A stretch of 60,909 bases of DNA, from IMG/VR virus record IMGVR_UViG_3300020044_004119, positions 1 to 60,909 of that record; one strand, 5' to 3'. This DNA comes from a virus. Lineage: Duplodnaviria; Caudoviricetes. Made by a program: the position numbers and the translations under genes. Within the stretch, counting starts at the first letter, position 1. Each line of letters begins with the position of its first letter. This document shows positions 44,564-55,700 of the stretch, piece by piece. The notes below the pieces were generated by a model. That model was not told the origin of the DNA. It saw nothing but the letters and a program-made list of their open reading frames with translations, and searched no databases.

Positions 44564-45247
44564 TTGAAACGCAATACCAGACAACGTAAAGAGAAGTTCG
44601 TTCAAGCTGAACGCTCATTTTACATCCAGCCTAAAACTGAAAATCAAAGATTACTCTTAGATGCTATTCAAGAATTTCCTATCACAGTAACACTAGGTGC
44701 TGCAGGTGTAGGTAAAACTTACTGTGCTGCAAGTAAGGTTGCTCAATTGTACTTGACAGGTCAATATGATCACATTATTCTTACAAGAAGTAACGTACCT
44801 ACAGGACGTTCTCTAGGTTTTTTTCCTGGAAATGTCAATGAGAAGCTAACACCTTGGTTGTTACCACTTATCTCTGTATTAGAGAAACAGTTGGGTAAAC
44901 CTAAGTATGAATATATTTTAGAAAAAGATATTCTCCAACTACAACCACTAGAGACTATTCGTGGTCGTTCTTTTGAAAATAGTTTAGTACTGGTAGATGA
45001 ATGTCAGAACCTGACAATTGAAGAACTAAAAGCTATCACAACCCGACTAGGTGAGAATTCTAAAATGATTCTCATGGGTGATGCTACTCAATCAGACATT
45101 GATAACGGTTCTAATATTATCAAATTCTGTAAGATCTGTGAGAAGCATAACATTGAGATTCCTATTGTGAGATTCACAGTAGATGATATTGTGCGTTCAG
45201 ATATTGTCGGTCAGTTAGTAAGAGCGTTTATTAAAGAGAAAATCTAA
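44564..45247 (+). CDS. phoH: PhoH-like ATPase
   Basis: GAAGVGKT, LGFFPG, RGRSF, DECQN, TRLG, GD..QSD, DIVRS. Confidence 0.93.
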   Translation: MKRNTRQRKEKFVQAERSFYIQPKTENQRLLLDAIQEFPITVTLGAAGVGKTYCAASKVAQLYLTGQYDHIILTRSNVPTGRSLGFFPGNVNEKLTPWLLPLISVLEKQLGKPKYEYILEKDILQLQPLETIRGRSFENSLVLVDECQNLTIEELKAITTRLGENSKMILMGDATQSDIDNGSNIIKFCKICEKHNIEIPIVRFTVDDIVRSDIVGQLVRAFIKEKI

Positions 45248-45259
45248 AGGAGACTGTAC

Positions 45260-46786
45260 ATGGCAGAACAAATAAAAGGCTTAGGTGAAGGTGGCCTAAA
45301 CACAGATACACCACCAACAATTGTACCTATGAATGTGTTCACAGATGTTCTGAATGTACGGTTCGATAATAGTTCCGTGGAGACAATAACAGGTGAGGTG
45401 CTAGGTAAAGTTATCCCTTCAGCACCTAACTATGGTATTCACTGGAGACGACCTGATCAAGGGTATAATATCTTTGGTAGAGATGGTACGTTTGTAAGAG
45501 TAGATTCAGCAGGTAACCAGTCATATATGTTAAATAGTGCTAATCCGCTATATACAAATAGTGATTGGCAAGGTACTTTGTTTAATGGTGGTTATGCTGT
45601 TGTTATCAACAATGGGAAGTCAACACCACTATACTGCTTATATGGTAGTGTGACTGCAGGTAGTACGTTCCAAGAGCTACCCGGATGGAATTATTCTGCA
45701 GGACTTACTGTTACAGCTAAAGTTATCAGGTCACTAAACTACTCTTTAGTAGCGGCTAACCTAACAGTAACTGCAGATGGTACCACAACCAATGCACCGG
45801 GTACTATTCGTATTTCAGTTCAGGCACCTACAGGGGATATCCCTCAAGTATGGCAACCTGGCCTAACCTCAGACACAGCAGATGAGTTTGAGTTATCATC
45901 AACATCACCTATTCTGGATATGCTAGATCTCAGAAATAATATGTTCGTATATTCTTCAGATAGTATTAACGTGGTATCTATTGGTGCAACTACCAAGGTA
46001 TCACCTTACTCAAAGTCTTATGGTATCTTAAATACAGACTGCGTTGTTGAGTATGACGGTAATCATTTTGTTGTTGACAGGAATGATATTTACACACATA
46101 ATGGTTCTGGCAAAATAGAATCATTGGCATATAAGAGAATTAAGAAATATTTCTTTAGTAATTTAAATAAAAGTGTTATTGATAAAGTACATGTAGTTAA
46201 GAATCCTTTTTATAAAGAGATTATGATTAACTATCCTAAAGGTAATTCTGTTGTTTGTAATGAGTCTTTGATTTATAATTATGTTAATAATACATGGACT
46301 AAAAGATCATTTACTAACCTAACCTATTCTTTTAATGGGCCATCAAATAATAGTAACGAATTCCAATATGGTAATGAAGTTATTTATTACACAACAAACA
46401 CAACTCAAACTTTGATTAGCTCTGACGTATATACTATGTGGAATGGTACTTCACTGGCACCATACACCTCTTACGTTGAAAAGAAAAAGCTTAATACAGG
46501 TGACCTCACAGGTAGCTCTTTAATTAGTGCTATATATACCGTGTTCGATTCTGTACCAGTTGATGCTAGTATTGATATCTATGTTAAAGGTCAAAACAAT
46601 TACGTGGATAATATTACATTCACAGCGGATGATAAGTTTGTGTTTGAACCCGACAATAAAAAGTCACAAGGATACAAAGTAGATCCAAGAGTTAATGGTC
46701 GTATTATGAACTTTAGGATTGAGTCATCTGGCTACTGGACACTACCCGCATACTCATTTGATGTTAAACCAGCTGATAGGAGATAA
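45260..46786 (+). CDS. Putative tail nozzle/stabilisation protein
   Basis: GGLNTD N-terminus, beta-rich, C-terminal GR..NFRIES; position before ejection genes. Confidence 0.65.
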   Translation: MAEQIKGLGEGGLNTDTPPTIVPMNVFTDVLNVRFDNSSVETITGEVLGKVIPSAPNYGIHWRRPDQGYNIFGRDGTFVRVDSAGNQSYMLNSANPLYTNSDWQGTLFNGGYAVVINNGKSTPLYCLYGSVTAGSTFQELPGWNYSAGLTVTAKVIRSLNYSLVAANLTVTADGTTTNAPGTIRISVQAPTGDIPQVWQPGLTSDTADEFELSSTSPILDMLDLRNNMFVYSSDSINVVSIGATTKVSPYSKSYGILNTDCVVEYDGNHFVVDRNDIYTHNGSGKIESLAYKRIKKYFFSNLNKSVIDKVHVVKNPFYKEIMINYPKGNSVVCNESLIYNYVNNTWTKRSFTNLTYSFNGPSNNSNEFQYGNEVIYYTTNTTQTLISSDVYTMWNGTSLAPYTSYVEKKKLNTGDLTGSSLISAIYTVFDSVPVDASIDIYVKGQNNYVDNITFTADDKFVFEPDNKKSQGYKVDPRVNGRIMNFRIESSGYWTLPAYSFDVKPADRR

Positions 46787-46788
46787 GT

Positions 46789-48108
46789 ATGATTGCACCT
46801 CCTTACACGGATAACCCTGACCTAGACGCTTTCCTGTATAACATTTACTTAAATGGTACAGATAACTCAGGTGTCAGTGGTTTAAATCCAAACACAACAA
46901 CAGGCGAGATAACTGATTCCGAAGGTAATGTTGCAGGATACCTATACCAGTTTATTCATGTGAAGTATGCTGATAGTAATACTGGATTGAATATCTCGGA
47001 TACCCAAACAGGTAAAAGTTATTATGGTATTCATAATAGTAGTGTACCAACTGAATCTACAAATCCTGCAGACTATACTTGGTATGAAGTTGTAGGTACT
47101 TTTGGTACTACAAAGTCTTTATATTATTATGTACTGGGTGGTAGACAAGTTAAGTTTGATGTTAACACTGATCCTCAAGACTACCATTGGTTGGTAGATA
47201 CAGGTGTTGTTATTAACTTAGACCTGATTGTTCCACCTAAAACAATTACAACTAGTGAGCTTATTGATGCTGCAGTTACTGAAATCAAACTAGCTAATGC
47301 AGCAGTGACCGCTTCTAAGACTAACATTGCGGCTATTAGTAATGCCACAGGGGATCTTGTGGCTAACTCAGTAGGCACAACCCAGATTACGGATAACGCT
47401 ATTACTTCTGAAAAGGTAACTGCTAATGCTATTGTAGCGGGTAAGATAGCTGCTAATGCAGTTACTGCAGTTACTATTGAGGCTAATGCTATTACTGCTG
47501 CTAAGATAGCTGCAGATGCTGTTACTGCAGATAAAATAGCTGCTAACTCTGTTACTGCTGTAAAGATTGCTGCTAATGCAGTTACTGCTGATAAGGTTTT
47601 GGCTAATAGTATTAGTGCAAGTAAAATGGTCACAAATACTATTACAGCTGCTAGTAGTATTATTGCTGATGCTGCTATCACAAACGCTAAGATTTCTGAT
47701 GCTGCTATCACAAATGCCAAAATAAGTAACGCTGCTGTGTCTACCTTATCTATTGCAGGTAATGCTGTTACGGTACCAGTTAGCTCTTTCGCTTCCGGAA
47801 ACAGTGCATCTGTTACTTTCACCGTACCTCCTGAAGCTGCAGGTCAACCCGTTTCAATCATTGTTACATGGTATTATGTACAAATCTCTTGGTTCAGAGG
47901 TTATATCTATCGAGATGGTTCTTTAATTTTTAACAGATTGATGTCTAGATCTTTTGGTGGTGTAAACCCTTTTATGCCTATCACAGCAACCTTCATTGAT
48001 TATCCACCTGTAGGTACTCATACCTATAGCTTAGGCTCATCTTATGATGACGGTAATACAGTTGTCCCTGAGGCGACAGCTTTATACGCTATACTTTCAA
48101 AAAGATAA
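46789..48108 (+). CDS. Tail fibre/spike protein with AVTADKIAAN repeats
   Basis: HVKYADS and STNPADYTW motifs plus 10-aa repeats. Confidence 0.7.
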   Translation: MIAPPYTDNPDLDAFLYNIYLNGTDNSGVSGLNPNTTTGEITDSEGNVAGYLYQFIHVKYADSNTGLNISDTQTGKSYYGIHNSSVPTESTNPADYTWYEVVGTFGTTKSLYYYVLGGRQVKFDVNTDPQDYHWLVDTGVVINLDLIVPPKTITTSELIDAAVTEIKLANAAVTASKTNIAAISNATGDLVANSVGTTQITDNAITSEKVTANAIVAGKIAANAVTAVTIEANAITAAKIAADAVTADKIAANSVTAVKIAANAVTADKVLANSISASKMVTNTITAASSIIADAAITNAKISDAAITNAKISNAAVSTLSIAGNAVTVPVSSFASGNSASVTFTVPPEAAGQPVSIIVTWYYVQISWFRGYIYRDGSLIFNRLMSRSFGGVNPFMPITATFIDYPPVGTHTYSLGSSYDDGNTVVPEATALYAILSKR

Positions 48109-48110
48109 TT

Positions 48111-48533
48111 ATGAAAAAATATTTAAGAATAGAATCTGACGGTAAAATTGTTTCTAGTAATACTTGTATCGATAGTGATTTTGAGTTACAACCCGGATAC
48201 CCAGAATCTGTATTTGAGATACCAGAGGATTTATTAATTAATATCAACGAGTATTACTTACTAAACAATACCCTTATTAAGCTACCACCAAAACCTGATT
48301 TGTATTATATATTCGATTACTCAATTAAACAATGGGTTTTTGATGACTTAAAGGCTAAGGCAGGTATTAATTCTAAAAGATTAGATAGGTTAGAGAGCTC
48401 AGATTGGACTCAATTAGGTGACATTGAAGTTACTACTAAACAAAAATGGTTAGCATATAGACAAGAGTTGAGAGATATCACCTTACAACCCGACTACCCT
48501 TTTAATATAATCTGGCCAACACCACCACAATAA
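48111..48533 (+). CDS. Tail fibre assembly chaperone
   Basis: LESSDWTQL...W.AYRQELRDIT.Q...WPTPP. Confidence 0.85.
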   Translation: MKKYLRIESDGKIVSSNTCIDSDFELQPGYPESVFEIPEDLLININEYYLLNNTLIKLPPKPDLYYIFDYSIKQWVFDDLKAKAGINSKRLDRLESSDWTQLGDIEVTTKQKWLAYRQELRDITLQPDYPFNIIWPTPPQ

Positions 48534-48535
48534 AC

Positions 48536-48952
48536 ATGAACATCCAACAACTAACCAAAGAACAAACAATAGAAAACTGGCCTACATTATCCCGGTATCT
48601 TAAACAAGTATTACAACATGGTCAAGGTGAATCTACTCTTACAGATTACTTAACTAAAGTACTTACAAACTACGCTCAGTGTTGGGCTGTGTTAGAGGGT
48701 ACCGCTATTGTGGGTGTTGGATTAACAGAGTTTTTAAACTATTCACAATACAAGACTCTTCATATTATTGCTTTTAGTGGCAGTGATTTTGAAGAGCAAT
48801 CTAAAATGTTTCCTACAATAGAAGCATTTGCAAAAGAAAACAATTGTAAAGCGGTGGAGCAGTGGGGCCGCGAAGGTTGGGCAAAAGTCTTACCTAAATA
48901 TGTACCCGGATTTAAACAAGCTTACGTAGTTATGCGAAAGGATTTAGAATGA
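48536..48952 (+). CDS. Conserved phage protein, possible acetyltransferase-like fold
   Basis: LHIIAFSG...FAKENNC...GREGW. Confidence 0.6.
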   Translation: MNIQQLTKEQTIENWPTLSRYLKQVLQHGQGESTLTDYLTKVLTNYAQCWAVLEGTAIVGVGLTEFLNYSQYKTLHIIAFSGSDFEEQSKMFPTIEAFAKENNCKAVEQWGREGWAKVLPKYVPGFKQAYVVMRKDLE

Positions 48953-49617
48953 AATTTAGTATGAGAGGTTCTTTCAAGAAGAACTACGGCGGTGGTGGCG
49001 GTCAACAAGCCCCAGTTGAAACTATTCCTGAATGGGCACGACCAGCTATTCAAAAAGTACAAGCAGAAGCTTCTGGCTTGTATGATCAAGGTGCATTAGA
49101 CAATGTATCTGGCCCTTCAGGTATCCAACAAAAAGCCTTTGGTATGGCTGATACCATCTCAGGTACAGGCAATGAAGCTCTGGGCACATTAGCTGAACAA
49201 CAAAACCGTCTTAAGTCAATGGCTACTACTGGTGGCGCAGATGAGCTTAAAGATGCTTTGGCATTAGATATTGGTATGAGTACCGCTAACTTAGGTAATA
49301 CATTTGGTAGTACAGGTACATTAGGTTCTGCTCGACACGCACTAGCCACAGCTACTTCTGGTGATGCTGCTAAGGCTAAGTTTGCACAACAAGTAATTCA
49401 GAATAAAGCTGCTGCAGAGGATGCACTAGGTAAGTCAGTGTCTGGGTCTACATCTACCGCTGCTAACACTGCAGGTACACTAGGTAAGCTAGGTTCTGAA
49501 CAGCGTACTATTGAACAACAACAAGCAGACGCTCCTTACCAAGCACTACAAAGATATGCATCAACAGTGTATGGTAACCCTGCACGACAACAAGCAGTTG
49601 CTGGTGGAGGTAAATAA
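48949..49617 (+). CDS. Putative internal virion (ejection) protein
   Basis: GGGG N-terminus, IPEWA, Ala/Gln-rich, GTLGSAR. Confidence 0.65.
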   Translation: MKFSMRGSFKKNYGGGGGQQAPVETIPEWARPAIQKVQAEASGLYDQGALDNVSGPSGIQQKAFGMADTISGTGNEALGTLAEQQNRLKSMATTGGADELKDALALDIGMSTANLGNTFGSTGTLGSARHALATATSGDAAKAKFAQQVIQNKAAAEDALGKSVSGSTSTAANTAGTLGKLGSEQRTIEQQQADAPYQALQRYASTVYGNPARQQAVAGGGK

Positions 49618-50153
49618 TGTACACAGAAGATCCTTGGGCGTGGACTGAAGCTAAGAAAGTTACTGGCCCTCTGGCTGGACAGATTCAAGCTTCACAAGAA
49701 CAACCTGGTGCTCCCTTACAGGCACCTCAAGACCCTTTGGTAGGTATGGCTCAACAAGGCGCTGTTAATGCTACTGCTAAGGGTATGGAAGAGGGCTATA
49801 AAGAGTACGCAAAAAACGCTGCTGCACAGTCTGCTCAAGCAGCTATGGCACCCTTATCTGCTAACGCTGTTATTGGTACTGCTGCACCCGCAATGAGTGT
49901 TGCACCTGCTATGGCTGCACCTGCTGCTACTGCACTAACCGAAGCGGGATTACTTACTGCTGCACCCGCAATGTCTACAGCCGCTGGTGCTGCACTGGGT
50001 GCTGGTGGTACAGCTGCAGCTGCTGCTCCATTAGCTACAAGTGCTGCATCTGGCGCTGCTTTAGCTGGCGGTGAAGCTGCATTAGCTGCAATGGGTCCAG
50101 TAGGCTGGGCCATAGGTGCTGGTTTACTGGCACATAAATTAGGAATTTTTTAA
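49617..50153 (+). CDS. Putative ejection protein, Ala-rich with hydrophobic C-terminus
   Basis: AMGPVGWAIGAGLL C-terminus; position. Confidence 0.6.
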   Translation: MYTEDPWAWTEAKKVTGPLAGQIQASQEQPGAPLQAPQDPLVGMAQQGAVNATAKGMEEGYKEYAKNAAAQSAQAAMAPLSANAVIGTAAPAMSVAPAMAAPAATALTEAGLLTAAPAMSTAAGAALGAGGTAAAAAPLATSAASGAALAGGEAALAAMGPVGWAIGAGLLAHKLGIF

Positions 50154-50162
50154 GGAGTCACT

Positions 50163-52745
50163 ATGGGGCCACTTGGTATTAGTGCTAAACAGCACAGAGA
50201 ATATCTTAAGCTACAATCTCAGGAACAAAGAGAGAAGGCTAAGATGGAACAAGACGAAAGTCGTAAACAACAACTACATGAAATTAAGCTTCAAGAAGCT
50301 GCTGCTAAGGCTAGCCAAGGTATTGGTCACAAAGAAGATCTCCATGCATTCAAGTTAAAAGAGCTAAGCTCACCCTTAGGTAAAGCACCTAAGATGAACA
50401 AACAAAAACTAGGCATTCCTACGCAGAATCCTTTGGCGGGTACTGAGATGTTTAAACAGGGACAGCATAAGTTATATGCACAAGGTACTGATACCGTTCC
50501 TGCTATGCTTACTCCCGGTGAAGCTGTTATTCCTGCACCAGCTGCTCAGAACCCTGATAATAAAGAAGTTATTAAGGAAATGATTGAAGAGGGTCGTGAG
50601 AAGAATAATATTTCTGATATCCCTCAAAATAATTCTGTAAAGCACTATGCAGACGGTACCGAGGGTGTAAGCTTGTTTGATAAGACTCTTAATTTTATTG
50701 CTGGTCAAAAACCTGAAGTTTTACCTGTAGCAGCGCCTGTAGTCATTGAACCGCCTAAAGTAGACCCTGCCGAATTTTTCCGTAGAACATCTTATGCAGA
50801 AGCTGGAAATGATCCTTATGCTAAACAAACACAACCAGGTCAAACAGCCGCCGGTTTAACAGGAACTACTGCAGGTACTTTTAATTTATTCCAGAAGAAA
50901 TACCCTGAATTACGTAATGTTGAATTTGGAACTAAAGAATACTTTGATCCTAAATTCCAAGAAAAATTATCTAATCTGCATGTACAAGATCGTATGCCTC
51001 AAATTACAAACAAAGGCTTACCTGTAGACTACAATACATTGTATGCAGCTGGCTTCGGGCCTAATGGTATTAAAGCTTATGCAGGTAAAGATGATGAACC
51101 TCTAAGTAAATACTTTACAAAAGAAGAACTTAAAAATAACAAATATTTTGGCAATACTGTTGGTGAGTATAAATCCTTTGTTAATAATAAAATGACCAAA
51201 GCAGAGCAACAGTCAGCTAAGTATGCACCTGTAGAGGCAGCTAAAGAAATTCCCGGTGGTGGCTTTGCTACTAACGCTGGTGGTGCTGCATTTGGTAATC
51301 CAAATATTACTCGTGAAGCTGCTTTGTCTGTGCCAAGACAACAAGCTATTGCCCGTGGTGAGTATGTACCTATTGTAGACGCTACTCAAACAACTCCTGC
51401 TATGAAAGAGAAGTACCCACAAGGTATCCCTATGACCCCTACTCAAGTAGCTCAGTCTAGGCCTGTAGCAGAGGTACCTGTATCTGAAGCAGAACCAGCA
51501 CCTAGTTTACTGGAAACAAAACCTCAGGAAGCCAATAAGACTATTGCTGAGGTATCCCAAAGCAATGCGGATATTATTAAAGGCTTTATTAATGATCCTG
51601 GGTTTAATCAGATTAAAGACCCTGAAGAAAAGAAGTCATGGTTAGAAAATGCTATTTCCTCTGTGTATGGTCCAACAGGTGTATTTAGTAATTCTGAATT
51701 AGCTCGGTTTGCTGTTGTTGCTGCTGGTGGTTTATTAACTGGTGGTTCTGTAGGCGGTTCTTTAAAGTATGCTGGCTTAGACGCGCTTAAATCTGCCGAT
51801 GCAAGACGTACCCAACAAGGTGCTCGTGCCGCTGAGGAATTAAAGAATACTCGTGAATTAACTGAACGATTAGACAGCGACTATAGAACCGCATTAGGTG
51901 AGAATGTTCCTGCAAATGTAAGAGAAAAAGCAGTTGTGTTATATCAAGATGCTAAAACACCTGAACAAAAGAGAGCTATTATCCAATTACTAAAAATGAA
52001 CAAGTCTACCGAAGATACTACGGGTGCAGGTAAACCCGGTAATGTAAGCCAAGGTTTCTTTGATGGTAAACCAATTAATTTCCGTAATCAAGCAGGTAAT
52101 GTTCAAAGGGTTAATGCAAAAGGTGAATGGGAAAATATCCCCCCTGCTGAACTAAAACGCTTTGAGAACAAAGAGCAATACGATACTAATCGTAAACAAA
52201 TGCTTGACTCTACCGTAAATAGAATTACTCCTTATTTAAGAAAACTTAATGCTGGTAACAAAGATTACAATGCAAAAGATGATGCTGATGGTATTGCAGA
52301 AGCCTTTGCTTTAATTAAAGAAGACCTTGGCCCTAACATTTCTGCAACATCATTTGCTAAAATGTCTGAGAATACTATTCGTTCAGCTACTGAAGCTGCT
52401 AAAGCTAGTGGTACTAAACTAACTGAAGAGGGTATTCGTAAACAATTCTTTGGCAATGCTGTTCTTGAAAGTAAGATGGTCACTGGCAACAAAGAAATGT
52501 ATATGGCTAAAGATGAGAAAGGTAAATTTGCTTTACCGTCTGCACCATACCAAACTGCTTTAGGTTCTGCTATGGAAGTATATAAGAAACAAGGTATTGA
52601 TTTAGGTGAAGCTAGTAATGCTATTGAAAAGAAGTTTAATAACCTACCTGCTGAAACTAAAAAGAAATTTACACAGATGTCTGCTGGCGCTCCCGGCTCA
52701 ACACCTATGCTATTGTGGCTACAACAAACAGGTGGCGCAAACTAA
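50163..52745 (+). CDS. Putative ejection protein, possible lytic transglycosylase-like domain
   Basis: GTDTVPAMLTPGEAV; AEAGNDPYAK...TAAGL. Confidence 0.55.
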   Translation: MGPLGISAKQHREYLKLQSQEQREKAKMEQDESRKQQLHEIKLQEAAAKASQGIGHKEDLHAFKLKELSSPLGKAPKMNKQKLGIPTQNPLAGTEMFKQGQHKLYAQGTDTVPAMLTPGEAVIPAPAAQNPDNKEVIKEMIEEGREKNNISDIPQNNSVKHYADGTEGVSLFDKTLNFIAGQKPEVLPVAAPVVIEPPKVDPAEFFRRTSYAEAGNDPYAKQTQPGQTAAGLTGTTAGTFNLFQKKYPELRNVEFGTKEYFDPKFQEKLSNLHVQDRMPQITNKGLPVDYNTLYAAGFGPNGIKAYAGKDDEPLSKYFTKEELKNNKYFGNTVGEYKSFVNNKMTKAEQQSAKYAPVEAAKEIPGGGFATNAGGAAFGNPNITREAALSVPRQQAIARGEYVPIVDATQTTPAMKEKYPQGIPMTPTQVAQSRPVAEVPVSEAEPAPSLLETKPQEANKTIAEVSQSNADIIKGFINDPGFNQIKDPEEKKSWLENAISSVYGPTGVFSNSELARFAVVAAGGLLTGGSVGGSLKYAGLDALKSADARRTQQGARAAEELKNTRELTERLDSDYRTALGENVPANVREKAVVLYQDAKTPEQKRAIIQLLKMNKSTEDTTGAGKPGNVSQGFFDGKPINFRNQAGNVQRVNAKGEWENIPPAELKRFENKEQYDTNRKQMLDSTVNRITPYLRKLNAGNKDYNAKDDADGIAEAFALIKEDLGPNISATSFAKMSENTIRSATEAAKASGTKLTEEGIRKQFFGNAVLESKMVTGNKEMYMAKDEKGKFALPSAPYQTALGSAMEVYKKQGIDLGEASNAIEKKFNNLPAETKKKFTQMSAGAPGSTPMLLWLQQTGGAN

Positions 52746-52761
52746 TTAACATGAGGAATCT

Positions 52762-55700
52762 ATGAGTACATTAGAAGAAGACGCAAAGCTATTAGCTGAA
52801 GCTAAAAAGCAGCAACCCGGTTCTCCGGTTACAACTATTGATAATAAACCTGTGGGTTCCCCTGTTAAAGTTATTGATCCTGATACTATTAGGGTTGGTC
52901 AAGAATCATACCGTCTCAGAGGGTTTAATGCCCCGGAAACAGCAAAGCTTCAAGGCGGTATTTTTGTACCTAACCAAGTAGCTGACGATACATCTCAACA
53001 AGATGTTAATACTATTGCTGCTTTAGGTGGTTACACAAACTTAGTAACAGAGGGTCGTGATCCCTATGGCCGTGTACTAGCTAAGCAAACTAACAGAGTG
53101 GGTGAATCCTTAGGTGATACTTTAACTGCATTAGGCTTGCAAAGAACCAACTTACATAGCACAGATGAAGCTGTTCAAAAGAACGCTACACTAGGTGCTA
53201 TTTCAAGAGTACTCCCAGAGCTAACTAATGCTGACCCAATGCTTCGTTATGCTCGTGAAGCAAAAGAAAAGGCTATAGCAGACGCTGGTGGTAATCCTTT
53301 GTATATTCCAAAAGTAAATGTATACGATGAAAAGATGTATGCAGCCTTTAAGAATTCTACAGGTATCCCTGCTGTAAAAGAAGAAGTAGAGGAAGTTGCA
53401 AGGCTAGAAAAGATCTTAAAAGAAGAACAATTAAAACCAGAAACAAGATCTAATCTTCAAGCCAAACTAGAACAGTCCAAGCAACGGTTGTTCTTAGCCG
53501 CAACTACACCTGACGTTGTTGGTGGTACCTTGGTCAGAAACTCTGATCGTAATATTATGAATCAGGCCCATGACCAGTTTGATACTACCTTACACAGAGC
53601 AGCATTGGATATGTATAAAGGTCTAGGCGGTATGCTCCAGTTATCTGGTGATAAAGCCGAATGGGATTGGCTGTCAACTAAGGGCCAAGAAATGGTCAGA
53701 GAAACAAAGATGAAGCAGGATAATCTTGCTGATACTTTAACTTCTTTTAAAGATATACGTACTAACGACCCTTGGACCGCTATCAAAGATACAGCAACTT
53801 ATTCAACAAACCTTATTGCTGGTACACTACCTAGTATGGCTTTGTTACTAGCTTCTACAGCTGCTACTGGTGGTACTAATTTACCAGCACTAGCTGCTTA
53901 TGGTTTGTCTACTGTTCCTCCCGCTTTAATGTACTCAGGTAGCTTTTATGCTGATCAACCTGACGATAAAAAGAATGCTGATTTAGCCTTAGTATTAGGC
54001 CTTGGTTCTGCCGTACTAGATCGTGTTGGTCTTGATGGTATGATGATGAGTGGTAATATTCTTACCAAATCAGGTAGAGAAGAAGTTAGTAATGCTCTAA
54101 TTAAAGCTGGTAAAGCAGCTAATGTACAAGAAGCAATGTCTCTAATTGAGGAAGCTACCAAGCGTGAGTTAGTTGGAATGTCTAAGGCTGGTGCCGCATT
54201 AGCTAAATCACAATACGCTTCCTCTGAAGCTGCTCTCCGTGGTCTGGGTAAATTAACTACTGCTAGTGGTGGAGAAGCTGTTACTGAAAGTGCTCAACAG
54301 TACTTAGAAATGATGGCTACTACTGGTGTGTTTAATACTGACATTCAATATGAGCGTAACTTTTATCAGAACCTTATGGACGCTGCTATTGGTGGTGGTA
54401 CTATGGGTGGCATGTTTAATTCTGTTGGTCAATTAAAAGATGCTGCACAATGGCAATCGTTAAGTAATGCTAAAGAAGTGTATAACCAACAGCTCACAGA
54501 AGAACAAACATTTAACAATGATCAACTTCTAAGAATACGTGAAGGCGACCCAACAGCGTATGCAAGTACAGTTGAAATGGCTCGTGGTGTTAAGTCACAA
54601 CCAACTAATGCACCTGTGCCTGAGTTAAAGTCACTACCAGCATTAGAAGGTGCATGGAATGGTTTCAAGTCTATTATTACTGACCCCGGAAGGTTACTAA
54701 GACAATTATCCGATACCGCTATTCCTAGCATTACTAAAGAAGATGGTACCTTTAAAACAAACTTAGCATATCTAAAATCTATTATTGGTGGTAAAGGTAT
54801 TTTACCCGGTGATAACTATGCAGGTTTTAAACAAAGGTTAATGGGTAGCTGGTCAGGTAACACTGCGGAAGAGCTGGCCAGTAATTTAGGTACCAACGTA
54901 TCTAATGCAAATAGAATGGCTAAAGAGGCTTGGCAAAACTATTGGTCTAAAAATCAAGAGTTACCTCAAACAACTAGAGAAAGTATTGAACTTCAGAACT
55001 GGAAAAACAATTTAGATACTGTTATGAATAAAATGAAAACTGAGGTTTCTCGTTTTAACACAACAAGCTCTGACTTAGATTCAGTTAATCCTTTGTTTGA
55101 GTCTTCTACTATTCACCCTGCTACCTTAAACCGTAACAGAGAAGCCGTTATTGCTACTATGGTGGCTAATGGAAGTACAAGAAGACAAGCTCAAGAAGCC
55201 TTGGAAAATGTTGTTTCAGGTAATCCTGACAAAGCAAAACCAGCAAGAGACTGGATGTCTAAGTATGGTGTATTCAATGATCCTAGGTTGAATAATGTTT
55301 TTGAAACAAACTTATTTAATAGTATGGAAAACCTAAAAGAAAATGTAGCTAATAGAATTGCTCATGAAGTATTCTTAGGAGAAAACGGTAAAGTACTTTC
55401 CAAACTATTAACTCAAGCTAAAGCTAATGGTGAATTTGAATCTGAACAAGAGTACATGGATACTGTAAAGAACGTTCGTGACTGGTATGACATTGTTACA
55501 GGCCAATATAATCCGTTAACTAAGTACCCTAAATTAGAGAAGATGCTTGGTTGGGGTACAACACTGACCATGCTAGCTTCATTAGGTAAAGCTGCTATTA
55601 GTTCTCAGGCTGAAGTAGCTATGTCTACACTAGGTACTAACGGCGATCAAGTTAAAAATCAGTTAGCATTGTACGCTAAAACATTAGCCTCAGAACTACG

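Noticed and set aside
47181-47822. 213-aa antisense ORF and similar shadow ORFs
   Set aside because: Mirror frames of repetitive, codon-biased genes, with no supporting motifs
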